Shown here: piece by piece, positions 1 to 10,123 of the stretch
How positions within the stretch are numbered: position 1 is the first letter of the stretch
How the letters are laid out: each line of letters starts with the position of its first letter
Sequence record: OQ708376.1
Length of the DNA stretch: 64,000 nucleotides
Strand: one strand, 5' to 3'
Notes under the pieces: generated by a model
What the model saw: only the letters and a program-made list of their open reading frames with translations
Databases searched by the model: none
What the model was told of the DNA's origin: nothing
Program-made: the position numbers and the translations under genes

Positions 1-49
1 TTATAGATAGTAATACTAATGAAAGATATAGTATAGATTTGGTGGACAT

Positions 50-316
50 ATGAATTATAAAGATTTCCTACTAACATACAAGATTATTCGAGATTTAGCA
101 CACGACAATGATAGCCCTAGTCTAGAAGACACATGCACTGAAATGATTCATACGATTCGTGGTAAGATTAAAAAAAAATTCAGTACTGTTATTATTGGTG
201 ATGACCATGCAGAATTTTCTGATATAATCATTAGACGTGATGGTAAAGTTGAGGTTCAGTACTACACTGATTTTGGATTTACCAGTATTCCGTTGGAGAT
301 ATTCCCTTGGGATTAA
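50..316 (+). CDS. hypothetical protein, tandem paralogue family A
   Basis: Packed + strand ORF; N-terminal D(F/I)xxTYK motif shared with the next ORFs. Confidence 0.7.
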   Translation: MNYKDFLLTYKIIRDLAHDNDSPSLEDTCTEMIHTIRGKIKKKFSTVIIGDDHAEFSDIIIRRDGKVEVQYYTDFGFTSIPLEIFPWD

Positions 317-618
317 ATTTAAATGATATACAATTCACTTATAAGATCCTATATGATTTGTATGATGTATACCTTGTTAGTAACAACATAGGTTCACATA
401 ACCGATCCAAAGAACAACCATTTATTGATTTATATATTGAGTACTTAGATTCAGTAGGTGAATATATAAAAAAGAATTACAGTACTTTTATCGATGGAAA
501 TGATAAATTCGATTTCTATGGTGTGCAATCATATAATGGTATAATCCATGTTCAATTTCAGGAAATAACCGATAGGGGATTTATCGAGATTAAAGTTGTG
601 AAGTTGGTGAATTTATAA
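307..618 (+). CDS. hypothetical protein, paralogue family A
   Basis: LNDIQFTYKILY; TTG start uncertain. Confidence 0.7.
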   Translation: MGLNLNDIQFTYKILYDLYDVYLVSNNIGSHNRSKEQPFIDLYIEYLDSVGEYIKKNYSTFIDGNDKFDFYGVQSYNGIIHVQFQEITDRGFIEIKVVKLVNL

Positions 619-628
619 GAGGTTACAT

Positions 629-940
629 ATGTTATTAAATGATATACAATTCACATACAAATTTTTGTATATCCAATACGCTACGGTTGATGCTGGAGAA
701 TATCTCTACAGTGAAATCTATCGTTCGGTATGGATAAAGTTTTTGGATGAATTACATGAATATTACCATGATTTGTGTATAGTTCGTGATAATAAAATAT
801 ACAAATTCCGCGATATTGTTAGTCATAGCGGTAAGCTACGATTGGAATTAAGTACTGATAGTGATGTTGATTGGATTGGTGTAAATTTACTGGAATTGAA
901 GAATGAAAAACAACTTAAAGGAAATACAAGTATTTTATAA
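629..940 (+). CDS. hypothetical protein, paralogue family A
   Basis: LNDIQFTYKFLY; GAGG upstream of ATG. Confidence 0.75.
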   Translation: MLLNDIQFTYKFLYIQYATVDAGEYLYSEIYRSVWIKFLDELHEYYHDLCIVRDNKIYKFRDIVSHSGKLRLELSTDSDVDWIGVNLLELKNEKQLKGNTSIL

Positions 941-1187
941 ATTCTTATACTTATCATATGTAAAAGATGAGTACTATGAAAGTGTGTATTATTTTTTATG
1001 GCAACATTACCGTACTATAGTAAGAGATTTATATATAGGAAAATCTATCATATCCAATGGTGAAAAATGTATCTGTACGGATGTAGTTAGTTTTAATGGT
1101 TCTTTAACACTGTGTTTCAGATGCGATAATAATAGTGGGTCATTTTCATTAAACGTATATCAGTTAGAAGGAATAAATTTTGAATAA
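903..1187 (+). CDS. hypothetical protein, paralogue family A
   Basis: LKEIQVFYKFLY. Confidence 0.7.
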   Translation: MKNNLKEIQVFYKFLYLSYVKDEYYESVYYFLWQHYRTIVRDLYIGKSIISNGEKCICTDVVSFNGSLTLCFRCDNNSGSFSLNVYQLEGINFE

Positions 1188-1380
1188 ATGTCCATATTGT
1201 AACAGTACTCAATTAGCTCGTTTCCGTTTAGATTCAGACTGGGCGACTGGTGCTGGTGATTTCTTCCCTATTAATGATGATGCGGAATACACCGAAGAAC
1301 AACACAAAGATTTTGATAAATCATGGCGACCTGACATTGAGTGCATTTATTGCCTTAATTGTGAGCGTGTTCATGACTAA
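1180..1380 (+). CDS. small zinc-ribbon protein
   Basis: CPYC near N-terminus and CLNC near C-terminus. Confidence 0.65.
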   Translation: MNKCPYCNSTQLARFRLDSDWATGAGDFFPINDDAEYTEEQHKDFDKSWRPDIECIYCLNCERVHD

Positions 1381-1636
1381 AGCTGAACTAATAGTTCATA
1401 CATATAAAATGATATCAAGTACTGAGTTATCATATAGTGCAGATAATCCAGTACTGGATTATTTTGTTGAATTATTGAAAGAGCATTATATTGGTAAATC
1501 ACTGATTCTTAATAATATTAATTTCACGGTAAAGGATGTAGCACCTGGAAAAAACGTACTAATAGTATGTGTTACTTCATCTGATAACCCAGTATACCCA
1601 ATATCAATAATTTTTGAGATATTAGGAGATTTATGA
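1373..1636 (+). CDS. hypothetical protein, paralogue family A
   Basis: Start moved to in-frame ATG 1373 (MTKAELIVHTYK), overlapping the previous stop. Confidence 0.65.
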   Translation: MTKAELIVHTYKMISSTELSYSADNPVLDYFVELLKEHYIGKSLILNNINFTVKDVAPGKNVLIVCVTSSDNPVYPISIIFEILGDL

Positions 1637-1923
1637 ATATCATTTTAATGCAGAAAACATATGCTATATTGGTGAAAGATTATTCCATTACTTTCGATTC
1701 ACAAGAAAGTGCTCTACATAACCTATACAAAAACGTAACACAAGAATACAGAAATATGTTTTCTGACTTAGTAGTAGGAAGGTATTTCAGTACTAGAAAA
1801 TACCCAAAACTTCAAATAGTTGATGTTTCTTTTTATTTCAATGGTCATATTACTATTCATAGTTTAGACCAAGATTCAACAACGTACTTAAACTTTTCAT
1901 TTGATGAGGTAACATTTTTATGA
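1633..1923 (+). CDS. hypothetical protein, distant family A member
   Basis: GGAG upstream; ATGA overlap; MQKTYAIL. Confidence 0.7.
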   Translation: MNIILMQKTYAILVKDYSITFDSQESALHNLYKNVTQEYRNMFSDLVVGRYFSTRKYPKLQIVDVSFYFNGHITIHSLDQDSTTYLNFSFDEVTFL

Positions 1924-2096
1924 GAACAGTATTTTTTATCTGGAGTCTTTTTTCATTGGCAGTACTGACAGTATGTGGGATTTGTTTCCTTTCATCAATT
2001 AATACTTGGTATATCAATTTACTATTTCCATTTGTCGGTGTTGGTTTAGGGTTTACTTTGCATAGTGTATGTAAGGATTACAATGAGAACAAATGA
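1920..2096 (+). CDS. small membrane protein (58 aa), not in the ORF track
   Basis: Translated by hand: MRTVFFIWSLFSLAVLTVCGICFLSSINTWYINLLFPFVGVGLGFTLHSVCKDYNENK; two hydrophobic stretches; ATGA overlap. Confidence 0.6.
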   Translation: MRTVFFIWSLFSLAVLTVCGICFLSSINTWYINLLFPFVGVGLGFTLHSVCKDYNENK

Positions 2097-2361
2097 AGTA
2101 CTTATTGCTGAAACAATGAAGATGATTTACAATATCACGTCAGCACAGAATATGCCCTATCCAACTAAGTCTTTATTGAGGACTGTGTATCTGGGGATAG
2201 TACAGGAGTACTACAAATCCAAGCACCGAAGCATTATTAGTGTTTATCGTGATTATGAAAGGATTCGTATTTTATTCTGGAACAAGAATCGAGTACGTTC
2301 TGAATGTGACCTAGTGGACTTTAAATTAGAGAATCTTTATTGCTATAAACAGGGACAATAG
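2083..2361 (+). CDS. hypothetical protein
   Basis: AAGGA upstream of in-frame ATG 2083. Confidence 0.65.
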   Translation: MRTNEVLIAETMKMIYNITSAQNMPYPTKSLLRTVYLGIVQEYYKSKHRSIISVYRDYERIRILFWNKNRVRSECDLVDFKLENLYCYKQGQ

Positions 2362-2379
2362 TTTAATTCATGATATAAT
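2352..2379 (+). promoter_or_regulatory. promoter, GGGACA-N16-TATAAT class (extended -10)
   Basis: GGGACA 2352-2357, TGA+TATAAT ending 2379, upstream of ORF 2411. Confidence 0.65.
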
Positions 2380-2410
2380 AATGGGTAAGGAACAATAATT
2401 AACACAAGGA

Positions 2411-3148
2411 GTGTGTGAAATGCTTGACCGTATCCGTTTCGCTACAGAGATGGCGAATGAATTAAACATGGCAAATTTCCAAATGTTAACATCAGTAATG
2501 GCTGAACATGCATGTGCTTATTCTGTAAGTGGTGTGCAGTGTGGTCAGGAGAATATGTTAGCAGATGTTTATAGTGAAGTGCAAAGTAAGCAATATAGTG
2601 TAAAGACATATAAGGATAAGTTTGTTAGTCTTTATATGAACGAAGATATTGCTGAAGACCGTAAATTCACTGATTTTATTATTGAACGACGAGTATCAGG
2701 TGTATCTAATCCTAATGCATCAAGCGAGGAAGTTTTTGCAGAAGTACTGAAAGATATATACGAAAATGAATTAAAAAGTAAGAATCATTACAATGTACGT
2801 GAAACTAACACAGTGCTCTTGGGATATGATGAAGACGAAGAATACTATTATTTTCGTATGACTGAAGTTCCTTTTGAATACAAATCTCCATATACAACTA
2901 CAGTGAAAGAATTTACTGAAAAAAGTAAAAACTTCATGAAGCATGAAGGAAATCGTTGTAGTATAAATGGTTACGACGAAAATGGCATTCACATTTATGA
3001 GTGGGTTCACCCAAATTGTCAGACATACACTCGTTGCTTGAAAAAACGTTATAATTTAGAAGAGCATGAATCATTCTATTTTAAAGTTAAGAAGCAAGGT
3101 TACACTCGCCCCGCCGATTCTGAATTGATGGGTATGATATATTTCTAA
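2411..3148 (+). CDS. hypothetical protein
   Basis: 245 aa ORF; AAGGAG upstream of GTG. Confidence 0.8.
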   Translation: MCEMLDRIRFATEMANELNMANFQMLTSVMAEHACAYSVSGVQCGQENMLADVYSEVQSKQYSVKTYKDKFVSLYMNEDIAEDRKFTDFIIERRVSGVSNPNASSEEVFAEVLKDIYENELKSKNHYNVRETNTVLLGYDEDEEYYYFRMTEVPFEYKSPYTTTVKEFTEKSKNFMKHEGNRCSINGYDENGIHIYEWVHPNCQTYTRCLKKRYNLEEHESFYFKVKKQGYTRPADSELMGMIYF

Positions 3149-3158
3149 GGAAACTTCT

Positions 3159-3440
3159 ATGGATTTTTATCTACACACATGGACATACGAACAATATATT
3201 ACATTATATCTTGAAATTATTAACACAGAACCTAGGTGTGGTTGTTGGTTCGCAGATATCATAAAAGAGTATGCTGACGAGTTCGAGTTTGTGTATCTTG
3301 GGTCTGATATATTTGTAAAAAGTGTAGGTAAAACCGGACGAATCACTGATATAGATTACGACACTGTTAGTGTGAATTTCTATGTTGATTTTCCTGATGC
3401 TGGAGTTGATGGTGTATATTGTCTTTATGAAATAATTTAA
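3159..3440 (+). CDS. hypothetical protein
   Basis: AAGGA upstream. Confidence 0.7.
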   Translation: MDFYLHTWTYEQYITLYLEIINTEPRCGCWFADIIKEYADEFEFVYLGSDIFVKSVGKTGRITDIDYDTVSVNFYVDFPDAGVDGVYCLYEII

Positions 3441-3446
3441 ATTCTT

Positions 3447-3471
3447 AGGCCAGCGTTTGCTGGTCTTTTTT
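3447..3471 (+). terminator. intrinsic terminator
   Basis: AGGCCAGC-gttt-GCTGGTCT followed by T run. Confidence 0.65.
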
Positions 3472-3484
3472 CGCAGGTACAAAG

Positions 3485-3787
3485 ATGTTCAGTATAGATT
3501 TAATTAACAGTACTATCAAAATGTTGGCTGATTTGGTGAGACAATCCAATGGAACTTTATATCCATCAATGTATAAAATGTTTGACCGATACATCAAGGA
3601 TTGTAACATATCATTATATGGACTTACTGTTGATATAGACGATTACTATGGAATTAATACTTCATATAAAACAGGAATTTTAATTGGTATTAATATAAAG
3701 ATGGGGTATTTCCCTTATTACTGTATAGGATTACCAGATAATACTTTGGTAGAATATCCAGCCAGTACTATTAAATTAAGAGGATAA
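3485..3787 (+). CDS. hypothetical protein
   Basis: Packed + strand ORF. Confidence 0.65.
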   Translation: MFSIDLINSTIKMLADLVRQSNGTLYPSMYKMFDRYIKDCNISLYGLTVDIDDYYGINTSYKTGILIGINIKMGYFPYYCIGLPDNTLVEYPASTIKLRG

Positions 3788-3794
3788 AACTAAA

Positions 3795-4373
3795 ATGAAT
3801 GTATTAGAATTAAGTACTAAGCTGATTAGTATGCGTAATGAGTGGTACGATTGGTTTTATAATGGTACTGATATGAATTTTTCAAAATATCCATTTATGG
3901 AATCAGGATGTGATTCAAGATACCGCTGGTTGAGCAAAAGTGATTCTGGTTTACATATTAGAATCGATGATAGTGGTCGAGGAATTATACACGATTTACT
4001 TCAAGTTGATCAATTCGTCCATGACAATTGGTGTGATAACGATCCATACCTTGGAAATATGATTTATATAAGTGAAGATGATTGCGTATTCGTTATCCAG
4101 CGACATGGTAATTCTATGTTTTATGTAGCAGACAGCAGTACACCAGAAGGTGCAGCAGCCGATGGACTTATGCCTAAGATTGATATATTGGAATTTGGAT
4201 TACCTGAGCACTTCCAGATTAGTACTTTATACGATATTCCACCACTTGAGTTCTTTGAAGAATTTAAATTGTACTTCAATGATCTTCAAAAATTGAGTAC
4301 TGATAGACGCATTGAAATAACTGTTAAGTACATGGACGGAACGAAATTAACCGATACGGGGATAGAATTTTGA
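3795..4373 (+). CDS. hypothetical protein
   Basis: 192 aa; GAGGA upstream. Confidence 0.75.
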   Translation: MNVLELSTKLISMRNEWYDWFYNGTDMNFSKYPFMESGCDSRYRWLSKSDSGLHIRIDDSGRGIIHDLLQVDQFVHDNWCDNDPYLGNMIYISEDDCVFVIQRHGNSMFYVADSSTPEGAAADGLMPKIDILEFGLPEHFQISTLYDIPPLEFFEEFKLYFNDLQKLSTDRRIEITVKYMDGTKLTDTGIEF

Positions 4374-5059
4374 TTAAAGATTTAGATAGAATTTTATATG
4401 TACTAAGGGGTGTAATTACATTACATCCACAAATCAATCGAATTGAAAGTACATTTCAGTTGGAGTCAAGAGAAACTCCATATTCACATATATCAAATGT
4501 AGTTGGTTCACTCAGTACTGAAGACTCGTCTTACGATATTTGTGTATGTGAAGTACAACCAAGTTCGGATCTTGGATTTGCTATTTTTGATAAAAATCAA
4601 AATCTCATTAGTATGTTTCAGTGCAATAATCCTTTTTGGAAAACATGCCTGTATCCAGAGTGGGCTATGCTTGATCCAACCAAGAGTACCATTAAAGTTT
4701 ATGACTCTAAAAATGATGAAGTCGTTATTGATTTAGATGAGTCAATGTCAGAGGAAGAACACTTTCAGCTAATGATGATGCGTGCTATGCCTGAATACAA
4801 TGCAATGATTAACACTGTGCAATACATTAAGGATACCATGCCAGCGTTGCGTACACATGAGTTTTGTCATCCGGTATTGTATGAACATCTAGATTTAGAC
4901 TTCAGTACTATTAAATTTAAAGATAGTGTTAAAAAATATATTCAAGAGAATGTTAAATTTGATTTTATTAGTACTATGAACAATAATCCAAAAACTAATT
5001 TTAGGCATCAGTACAATGAATCTTTGTCCGGTGGACGTGATACCAGTTGGTGGAAATAA
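4370..5059 (+). CDS. hypothetical protein (EEHFQ-motif family)
   Basis: 229 aa; MSEEEHFQL segment resembles ORFs at 43123 and 58991-60401. Confidence 0.75.
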   Translation: MIKDLDRILYVLRGVITLHPQINRIESTFQLESRETPYSHISNVVGSLSTEDSSYDICVCEVQPSSDLGFAIFDKNQNLISMFQCNNPFWKTCLYPEWAMLDPTKSTIKVYDSKNDEVVIDLDESMSEEEHFQLMMMRAMPEYNAMINTVQYIKDTMPALRTHEFCHPVLYEHLDLDFSTIKFKDSVKKYIQENVKFDFISTMNNNPKTNFRHQYNESLSGGRDTSWWK

Positions 5060-5060
5060 T

Positions 5061-5324
5061 ATGAATATTAAAGATAGATTACAATTACTGTACACACTTG
5101 AACAGGCTGCTTATGATCTTGTTCGAAAAATCTCAGATGAACTACCTAAAGGAACTAAAGTTCGTGTACGTGAGATGAATTATTTTTCTGGAGTAATTGA
5201 AGAACAAGTACTAACAGTGAATAAAGTAACATACTATGAATCTGAGTTGTCTATTCAGTGTGAATCTGATGATGGATTAATATCATATTATGGAACTGAT
5301 GTAGATATAGAGGTAATAAAATGA
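5061..5324 (+). CDS. hypothetical protein
   Basis: Start moved to in-frame ATG 5061 just after the previous stop. Confidence 0.65.
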   Translation: MNIKDRLQLLYTLEQAAYDLVRKISDELPKGTKVRVREMNYFSGVIEEQVLTVNKVTYYESELSIQCESDDGLISYYGTDVDIEVIK

Positions 5325-6463
5325 CCCTTTTGCAAATATATGAAGATTTAATGCACTTATGTAATACAAACGATGCATTCTTTTATGTGGATCATAAAAG
5401 TCCTGCTGGTGGCACGTATCGTGTATTCAGTTATCGTCTAGCATCATACACTGATTTCATGCAACCAAATGCGTTGGAAACCCGTGGCTCTATGTGGGAA
5501 ATTGATGAAGAAGGTGACATGATACGTTGTGCAGCACGTACAATGAAAAAGTTCTTCAATGCTTACGAGAATCCTGCTACAATGTTCCCTGCTAACACCA
5601 CATGCGATGACATTGCGGTAGTGATGCCTAAGTTGGATGGCTCGATCATCAGTACTTATCGTGATAATGATGGTGAGATTCGTTGTAAATCACATACTGC
5701 ATTGTATTCTGACCATGCGATTAACAGTACTCGACTTATTAACGAGAACCAGAATTTGTATCAGTACATCGACGAAGCGGAACGTTTAGGTTACACAGTT
5801 AATATGGAGTATACAAGCCCAGAGTACCGAATTGTATTACCATATCAGGTAGAACAACTGTTTGTACTGAACGTTCGTCATCGTGTGAGTGGTGAGTTGC
5901 TATGTGGTAAAGCACTACGTGATAAGTTTCCATGTCTTGCACAGTACAGTACTAATATGACTGGAAAAGATATTCATCACACTTTTCCGGTACGAAATAC
6001 CTTCCGTGAAAGCGTGGAGGAAGTTCATAAAATGCTTGATATTGAGGGTTTTGTGTGCATCCTAAATAATGGGACAATGTGTAAAATAAAGACTGACTGG
6101 TACAGTTCATTACATCTTACAAAAGATAGTATTATTATTGATTCTCATTTATATGAAGCAGTATTAAATGGTTCAAGTGATGATTTAAAACAATTGTTCA
6201 GTACTGATGAATATGCTATGCAAAAGATATTAAGAATGGAACAATTGGTATTTTCGTGCTATAATGCATTACAAGATGAAGTAGAAAGCTTCGTCAAGGA
6301 ACACAAGCACTTGGAGCGAAAGGAATTCGCAATGAAGGTTCAGGAGTGTTTAACTAATGAACTGAATCGTCAGGGCTTGGCCTTTGCAATGTATAACAAT
6401 AAGAAAGTTGATTACAAAGAGACTCTTATAAAATACATGAAAATTGTACTAAAGGATTTTTAG
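5321..6463 (+). CDS. rnlA: T4 Rnl1-type RNA ligase
   Basis: Adenylation motif KLDGSII, N-terminal FSYRLASY, KFFN, EGFV, KIK; lies upstream of PNKP. Confidence 0.92.
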   Translation: MTLLQIYEDLMHLCNTNDAFFYVDHKSPAGGTYRVFSYRLASYTDFMQPNALETRGSMWEIDEEGDMIRCAARTMKKFFNAYENPATMFPANTTCDDIAVVMPKLDGSIISTYRDNDGEIRCKSHTALYSDHAINSTRLINENQNLYQYIDEAERLGYTVNMEYTSPEYRIVLPYQVEQLFVLNVRHRVSGELLCGKALRDKFPCLAQYSTNMTGKDIHHTFPVRNTFRESVEEVHKMLDIEGFVCILNNGTMCKIKTDWYSSLHLTKDSIIIDSHLYEAVLNGSSDDLKQLFSTDEYAMQKILRMEQLVFSCYNALQDEVESFVKEHKHLERKEFAMKVQECLTNELNRQGLAFAMYNNKKVDYKETLIKYMKIVLKDF

Positions 6464-6490
6464 TACTATCTAGCCTAAGCACAAGGAGAA

Positions 6491-6748
6491 GTGATGGCTA
6501 AACCTAAGTATAAAAATGACGGTTCCCTTTCTCCGACTGAATTCAGGAAAATACAAGAAGAAATCGATGAATTACAGCACAAACGCTCAATGAAAGGTGT
6601 GAAGATAAGTAAGAAACGAATCGAGAATACCTTCGGATGTAGTAGTACTGAATACAAGAAGAAAAGGAAACCAAAAGGTGTTAAGCCGAGAATACATGAT
6701 GTAACTCGCTATACATCGAAACGTGAAAATAAATTTGATCCACTATAA
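6491..6748 (+). CDS. small basic hypothetical protein
   Basis: AAGGAG upstream; Lys/Arg rich. Confidence 0.7.
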   Translation: MMAKPKYKNDGSLSPTEFRKIQEEIDELQHKRSMKGVKISKKRIENTFGCSSTEYKKKRKPKGVKPRIHDVTRYTSKRENKFDPL

Positions 6749-6757
6749 GGAGTTCAT

Positions 6758-6988
6758 ATGAAAGTTGAAGTTCAGCATAGTATTGTTCAGGATATGTCAG
6801 TAGTTAAATTTCTTTCTCTGAAAGATTACTTCAGATGTATCAAGTTCCTAGAAGAATCTCAATTACAGTGGACCCCATTAAAGTACAGTTCATCCAATGA
6901 TACTGCTAGTATTCGTTGTGATGAATCTGTACTTGTGAAAATCTCCAAGCGATTTGGAGTAGGAAAAGTTAATGAGCACAGTAAGTGA
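6758..6988 (+). CDS. hypothetical protein
   Basis: AAGGAG upstream. Confidence 0.7.
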   Translation: MKVEVQHSIVQDMSVVKFLSLKDYFRCIKFLEESQLQWTPLKYSSSNDTASIRCDESVLVKISKRFGVGKVNEHSK

Positions 6989-7226
6989 CCTAAAATACTA
7001 CAACAAAACTGCGGATACGTTTATTACTCATTTATATGAAGAATTTAGTCGTATCCGTGAGGAATATACAGGTAAATGTATTTTATATAGTTCTTATCAT
7101 AGTGGTGGAATTGAAAGTGCTTACATTACTAAAGTGAAGTTTTCTGATGACTATCAATTACTCTTTGAATTAGATGATTGTTTCGTTATTGAAGCTTGTT
7201 TGATAGTGGATGTTCTAGATAATTGA
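6972..7226 (+). CDS. hypothetical protein
   Basis: Packed + strand ORF. Confidence 0.65.
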   Translation: MSTVSDLKYYNKTADTFITHLYEEFSRIREEYTGKCILYSSYHSGGIESAYITKVKFSDDYQLLFELDDCFVIEACLIVDVLDN

Positions 7227-7232
7227 GGACAT

Positions 7233-7547
7233 ATGAATAAAGAACTTGCATTTGAGAGGATCGAAAAGTTAAAGTACATTGAAAAGGAACTAATAGAATC
7301 TGTCGAATCAATGGTCGAAGATTACGTTTTCGATTTTAAGAAAACATTGATTGGATGTAAAGTTAAATGCTGGGATCATACAATCAGAGAATGGTTCAGT
7401 ACTATAATTCTTGATGTTAAAGTATCGCGTACTGCTATTGGTAATTTAGTAAATGGTGAATGCTTTGTATACACTGAATACAATAACGGAACAAGAAACC
7501 TTTCAAGAGGATGGCACAAACTCGAAGATGTAGAATTCATTGAGTAA
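7233..7547 (+). CDS. hypothetical protein
   Basis: GAGGA upstream. Confidence 0.7.
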   Translation: MNKELAFERIEKLKYIEKELIESVESMVEDYVFDFKKTLIGCKVKCWDHTIREWFSTIILDVKVSRTAIGNLVNGECFVYTEYNNGTRNLSRGWHKLEDVEFIE

Positions 7548-7559
7548 CAAGGAGTAATA

Positions 7560-8492
7560 ATGCCAACTATTACACTAACAGTTGGATTACCTGGGTGTGG
7601 TAAAACCACATGGGCAGTTCAAGAAATTAAAAATGCCAAATCCAAGACTATCAACATCAACCGTGATGATATTCGTGAATCTATGGCTGGGTCACATGAT
7701 GCTTACAAATTCAACGATGCTAATGAGCAGTACGTAACTAATTTACAGTTCAGTGCAGCAAATTCAGCAGCAGAGAATGGTTGGAACATCATCATATCCG
7801 ATACAAACCTTAAACAACATTTCCGTAATCTCTGGAAAGTATGGGCTAAAGATAATGGTTATGATTACAAAGAAAAGAACTTCTATGATGATTTTGTACC
7901 TAATGAAGACCGTGGTGCAGATGTTCATGAATTCTTTAAGATTAAAGAGTTCGTAAAACTTTGTAAGAAATATAACCTCCAGCGTGAGCGTTCAGTACAA
8001 GATGATATCATTGACACAATGGCAGATACGTACTATTATAGTAAGGCATTGCACATTGGTTACTATGGTAATTCACGAGAAGCTGCTGTTATCGTTGATA
8101 TTGACGGTACTCTTGCTCATAAATGGGGTCGTAATCCTTACGATGAAAGTACTGTTCTTCAGGATACACCTGATGAAGAAGTTATTTTGTCTATTATCGC
8201 TGAAGCAGTTTTTCATAAACGCAAGATTATCGTCATGAGTGGGCGTACTGAAGGGTGTCGTGCTGATACCGAACAGTGGCTTAAGAATTGGGGTGTTCCT
8301 TACGATGCATTGTTTATGCGAGATATCGATGATAAACGTCCTGATGATGTTGTAAAATTCGACCTGTACATGAAAAATGTGGTTGATCATTACGATGTTA
8401 AAAAGGTATATGATGACCGAGCACAAGTCGTATTCATGTGGCGTAAGCTACTTGGTTTGAAAGTTTTTCAAGTTGCAGAAGGAAATTTCTAA
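7560..8492 (+). CDS. pseT: polynucleotide 5'-kinase/3'-phosphatase (PseT-like)
   Basis: P-loop GLPGCGKTTW, NRDDIR, DTNL; HAD motif VDIDGTLA; C-terminal KRPDD and YDDR. Confidence 0.95.
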   Translation: MPTITLTVGLPGCGKTTWAVQEIKNAKSKTININRDDIRESMAGSHDAYKFNDANEQYVTNLQFSAANSAAENGWNIIISDTNLKQHFRNLWKVWAKDNGYDYKEKNFYDDFVPNEDRGADVHEFFKIKEFVKLCKKYNLQRERSVQDDIIDTMADTYYYSKALHIGYYGNSREAAVIVDIDGTLAHKWGRNPYDESTVLQDTPDEEVILSIIAEAVFHKRKIIVMSGRTEGCRADTEQWLKNWGVPYDALFMRDIDDKRPDDVVKFDLYMKNVVDHYDVKKVYDDRAQVVFMWRKLLGLKVFQVAEGNF

Positions 8493-8495
8493 TAC

Positions 8496-8528
8496 AAAAG
8501 GGATCATATGTTGGTCCCTTTTTCTTTT
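8496..8528 (+). terminator. intrinsic terminator
   Basis: AAAAGGGATC-atatgtt-GGTCCCTTTT plus T run. Confidence 0.75.
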
Positions 8529-8541
8529 AAGGAATATTATA

Positions 8542-8718
8542 ATGAATGTAAAAACACAGATGTTATTACAAAAAGAATACTTAGAAAATATAGAAATGTT
8601 CTATAGATTGTCTTTATACGAAAATAAACATAAAAAATATAGCTTTTCTAAACATCTAAACACAAGTACTGATGATTATCTATTTTCATCAATGTTTTAT
8701 GTGAGAGGTTTATTATAA
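8542..8718 (+). CDS. hypothetical protein
   Basis: AAGGA upstream of in-frame ATG 8542. Confidence 0.55.
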   Translation: MNVKTQMLLQKEYLENIEMFYRLSLYENKHKKYSFSKHLNTSTDDYLFSSMFYVRGLL

Positions 8719-8978
8719 TGGATAAATTTCACACAGATATAACACAGATAGGTAATCTTATCAATAGTCTAATTACTGATTTAGAAGAAAAGTATTTAGG
8801 TCGAAATGTATACGTAGAAATGTATGAAACATATGGTGTTATTGATATGATTTATTACAGTGCATTGAAGTGTGAAATACGTTTAACAGTATGTTTGTTT
8901 GAAAAAAATACATTCAACAGAAGTACTGCAATTCGCCAAGTTGGAGTTGATGATATAGAATTATACGAGGAACAATGA
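8718..8978 (+). CDS. hypothetical protein
   Basis: GAGG upstream; TAATG overlap. Confidence 0.7.
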   Translation: MDKFHTDITQIGNLINSLITDLEEKYLGRNVYVEMYETYGVIDMIYYSALKCEIRLTVCLFEKNTFNRSTAIRQVGVDDIELYEEQ

Positions 8979-9229
8979 TGTTTGAGCAGGACTTAGAGAT
9001 ATTCAAAAGTCATATTGATTACTTGACTATATTAGAAAATGATTTAACTACAAAGTACAAAGGTATTCGTGTTCTGTGCTGGTATGATGATTGGGATTAT
9101 AAACGTGAACTCACGATTGATCGAATTTATTTCAGTGACGGTGTACTAAATGTACATGGTGTAAATGATTTTGGTCATTCATATACATATTCTAATAATG
9201 CTAAATTTAAAAGGATCTACAATGAATGA
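8975..9229 (+). CDS. hypothetical protein
   Basis: GAGGA upstream; ATGA overlap. Confidence 0.7.
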   Translation: MMFEQDLEIFKSHIDYLTILENDLTTKYKGIRVLCWYDDWDYKRELTIDRIYFSDGVLNVHGVNDFGHSYTYSNNAKFKRIYNE

Positions 9230-9524
9230 ATATTATCATAATTTATTCGATTACATAAAACTAATAGATGATCTTTCTTTTGAATTTCTCAGTACTGAAA
9301 AAGTTCTTGAACCTCTCTATTATGATTGTATTAGTTCACTATGTTTAGATGAAAAAGAGATATTAGCAAACAACTTACCATCCACGGTCTGTACAATCAA
9401 TGGTTCCAAGGCATTAGTGTGCGAGGTTAATTTTCATAAATCACTTAATACAATTGTTTACAAGTTCGATAACACTTGGGTAAATCATGTAACCAGTAAT
9501 ATTAAATCTGTGAGATTTTTATGA
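9222..9524 (+). CDS. hypothetical protein
   Basis: AAGGA upstream of in-frame ATG 9222. Confidence 0.65.
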   Translation: MNEYYHNLFDYIKLIDDLSFEFLSTEKVLEPLYYDCISSLCLDEKEILANNLPSTVCTINGSKALVCEVNFHKSLNTIVYKFDNTWVNHVTSNIKSVRFL

Positions 9525-9817
9525 ATATAAAAAAATTATTTGAACAAGTAAATTTATTGTACTGGTGTTCAGACGGTTCAGATAAGGAATATAGTGAAGT
9601 TTATTTAGAACTGTTTAGAACTGAAATTCATCAAATTCGAAGATACCTAATTGATAACAAAACTAAAGTACAAGTAAGATACCATAACGGTACTTTAAAG
9701 AATGGTGTAATTATTGGATTGATAGTTACACGAATGTCTAATAATATTAAAGTTGCAGTTAGATTAATGACTGATGATGGTGTCTACACAATAGAAGCTA
9801 GTGAGATTATATATTAA
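9521..9817 (+). CDS. hypothetical protein
   Basis: ATGA overlap. Confidence 0.65.
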   Translation: MNIKKLFEQVNLLYWCSDGSDKEYSEVYLELFRTEIHQIRRYLIDNKTKVQVRYHNGTLKNGVIIGLIVTRMSNNIKVAVRLMTDDGVYTIEASEIIY

Positions 9818-10123
9818 ATGGATATACAAACATTCAATAAACTTAAGTACTATGATGATGGTTTTGCATTAATAATTAACGAACTTGATGGAATACCATA
9901 CGAATATCATAATCAAGTAATGAAGATAATAAAATGTATATGTGAAGAATTAAAAAGTATATTTAAAAATGAATATGTTTATGATTTAGGTAATAATAGC
10001 AAAAAACTATACATAAAGAAATTCTGGGGAACGCATTGCGGTTTGATGGTCGATTTAGGTTTAAGTTTAGACGATAATTCTGAATCATGTTCATTATATA
10101 TAGATGAAATGCGAATATCATGA
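9818..10123 (+). CDS. hypothetical protein
   Basis: Abuts the previous stop. Confidence 0.65.
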   Translation: MDIQTFNKLKYYDDGFALIINELDGIPYEYHNQVMKIIKCICEELKSIFKNEYVYDLGNNSKKLYIKKFWGTHCGLMVDLGLSLDDNSESCSLYIDEMRIS

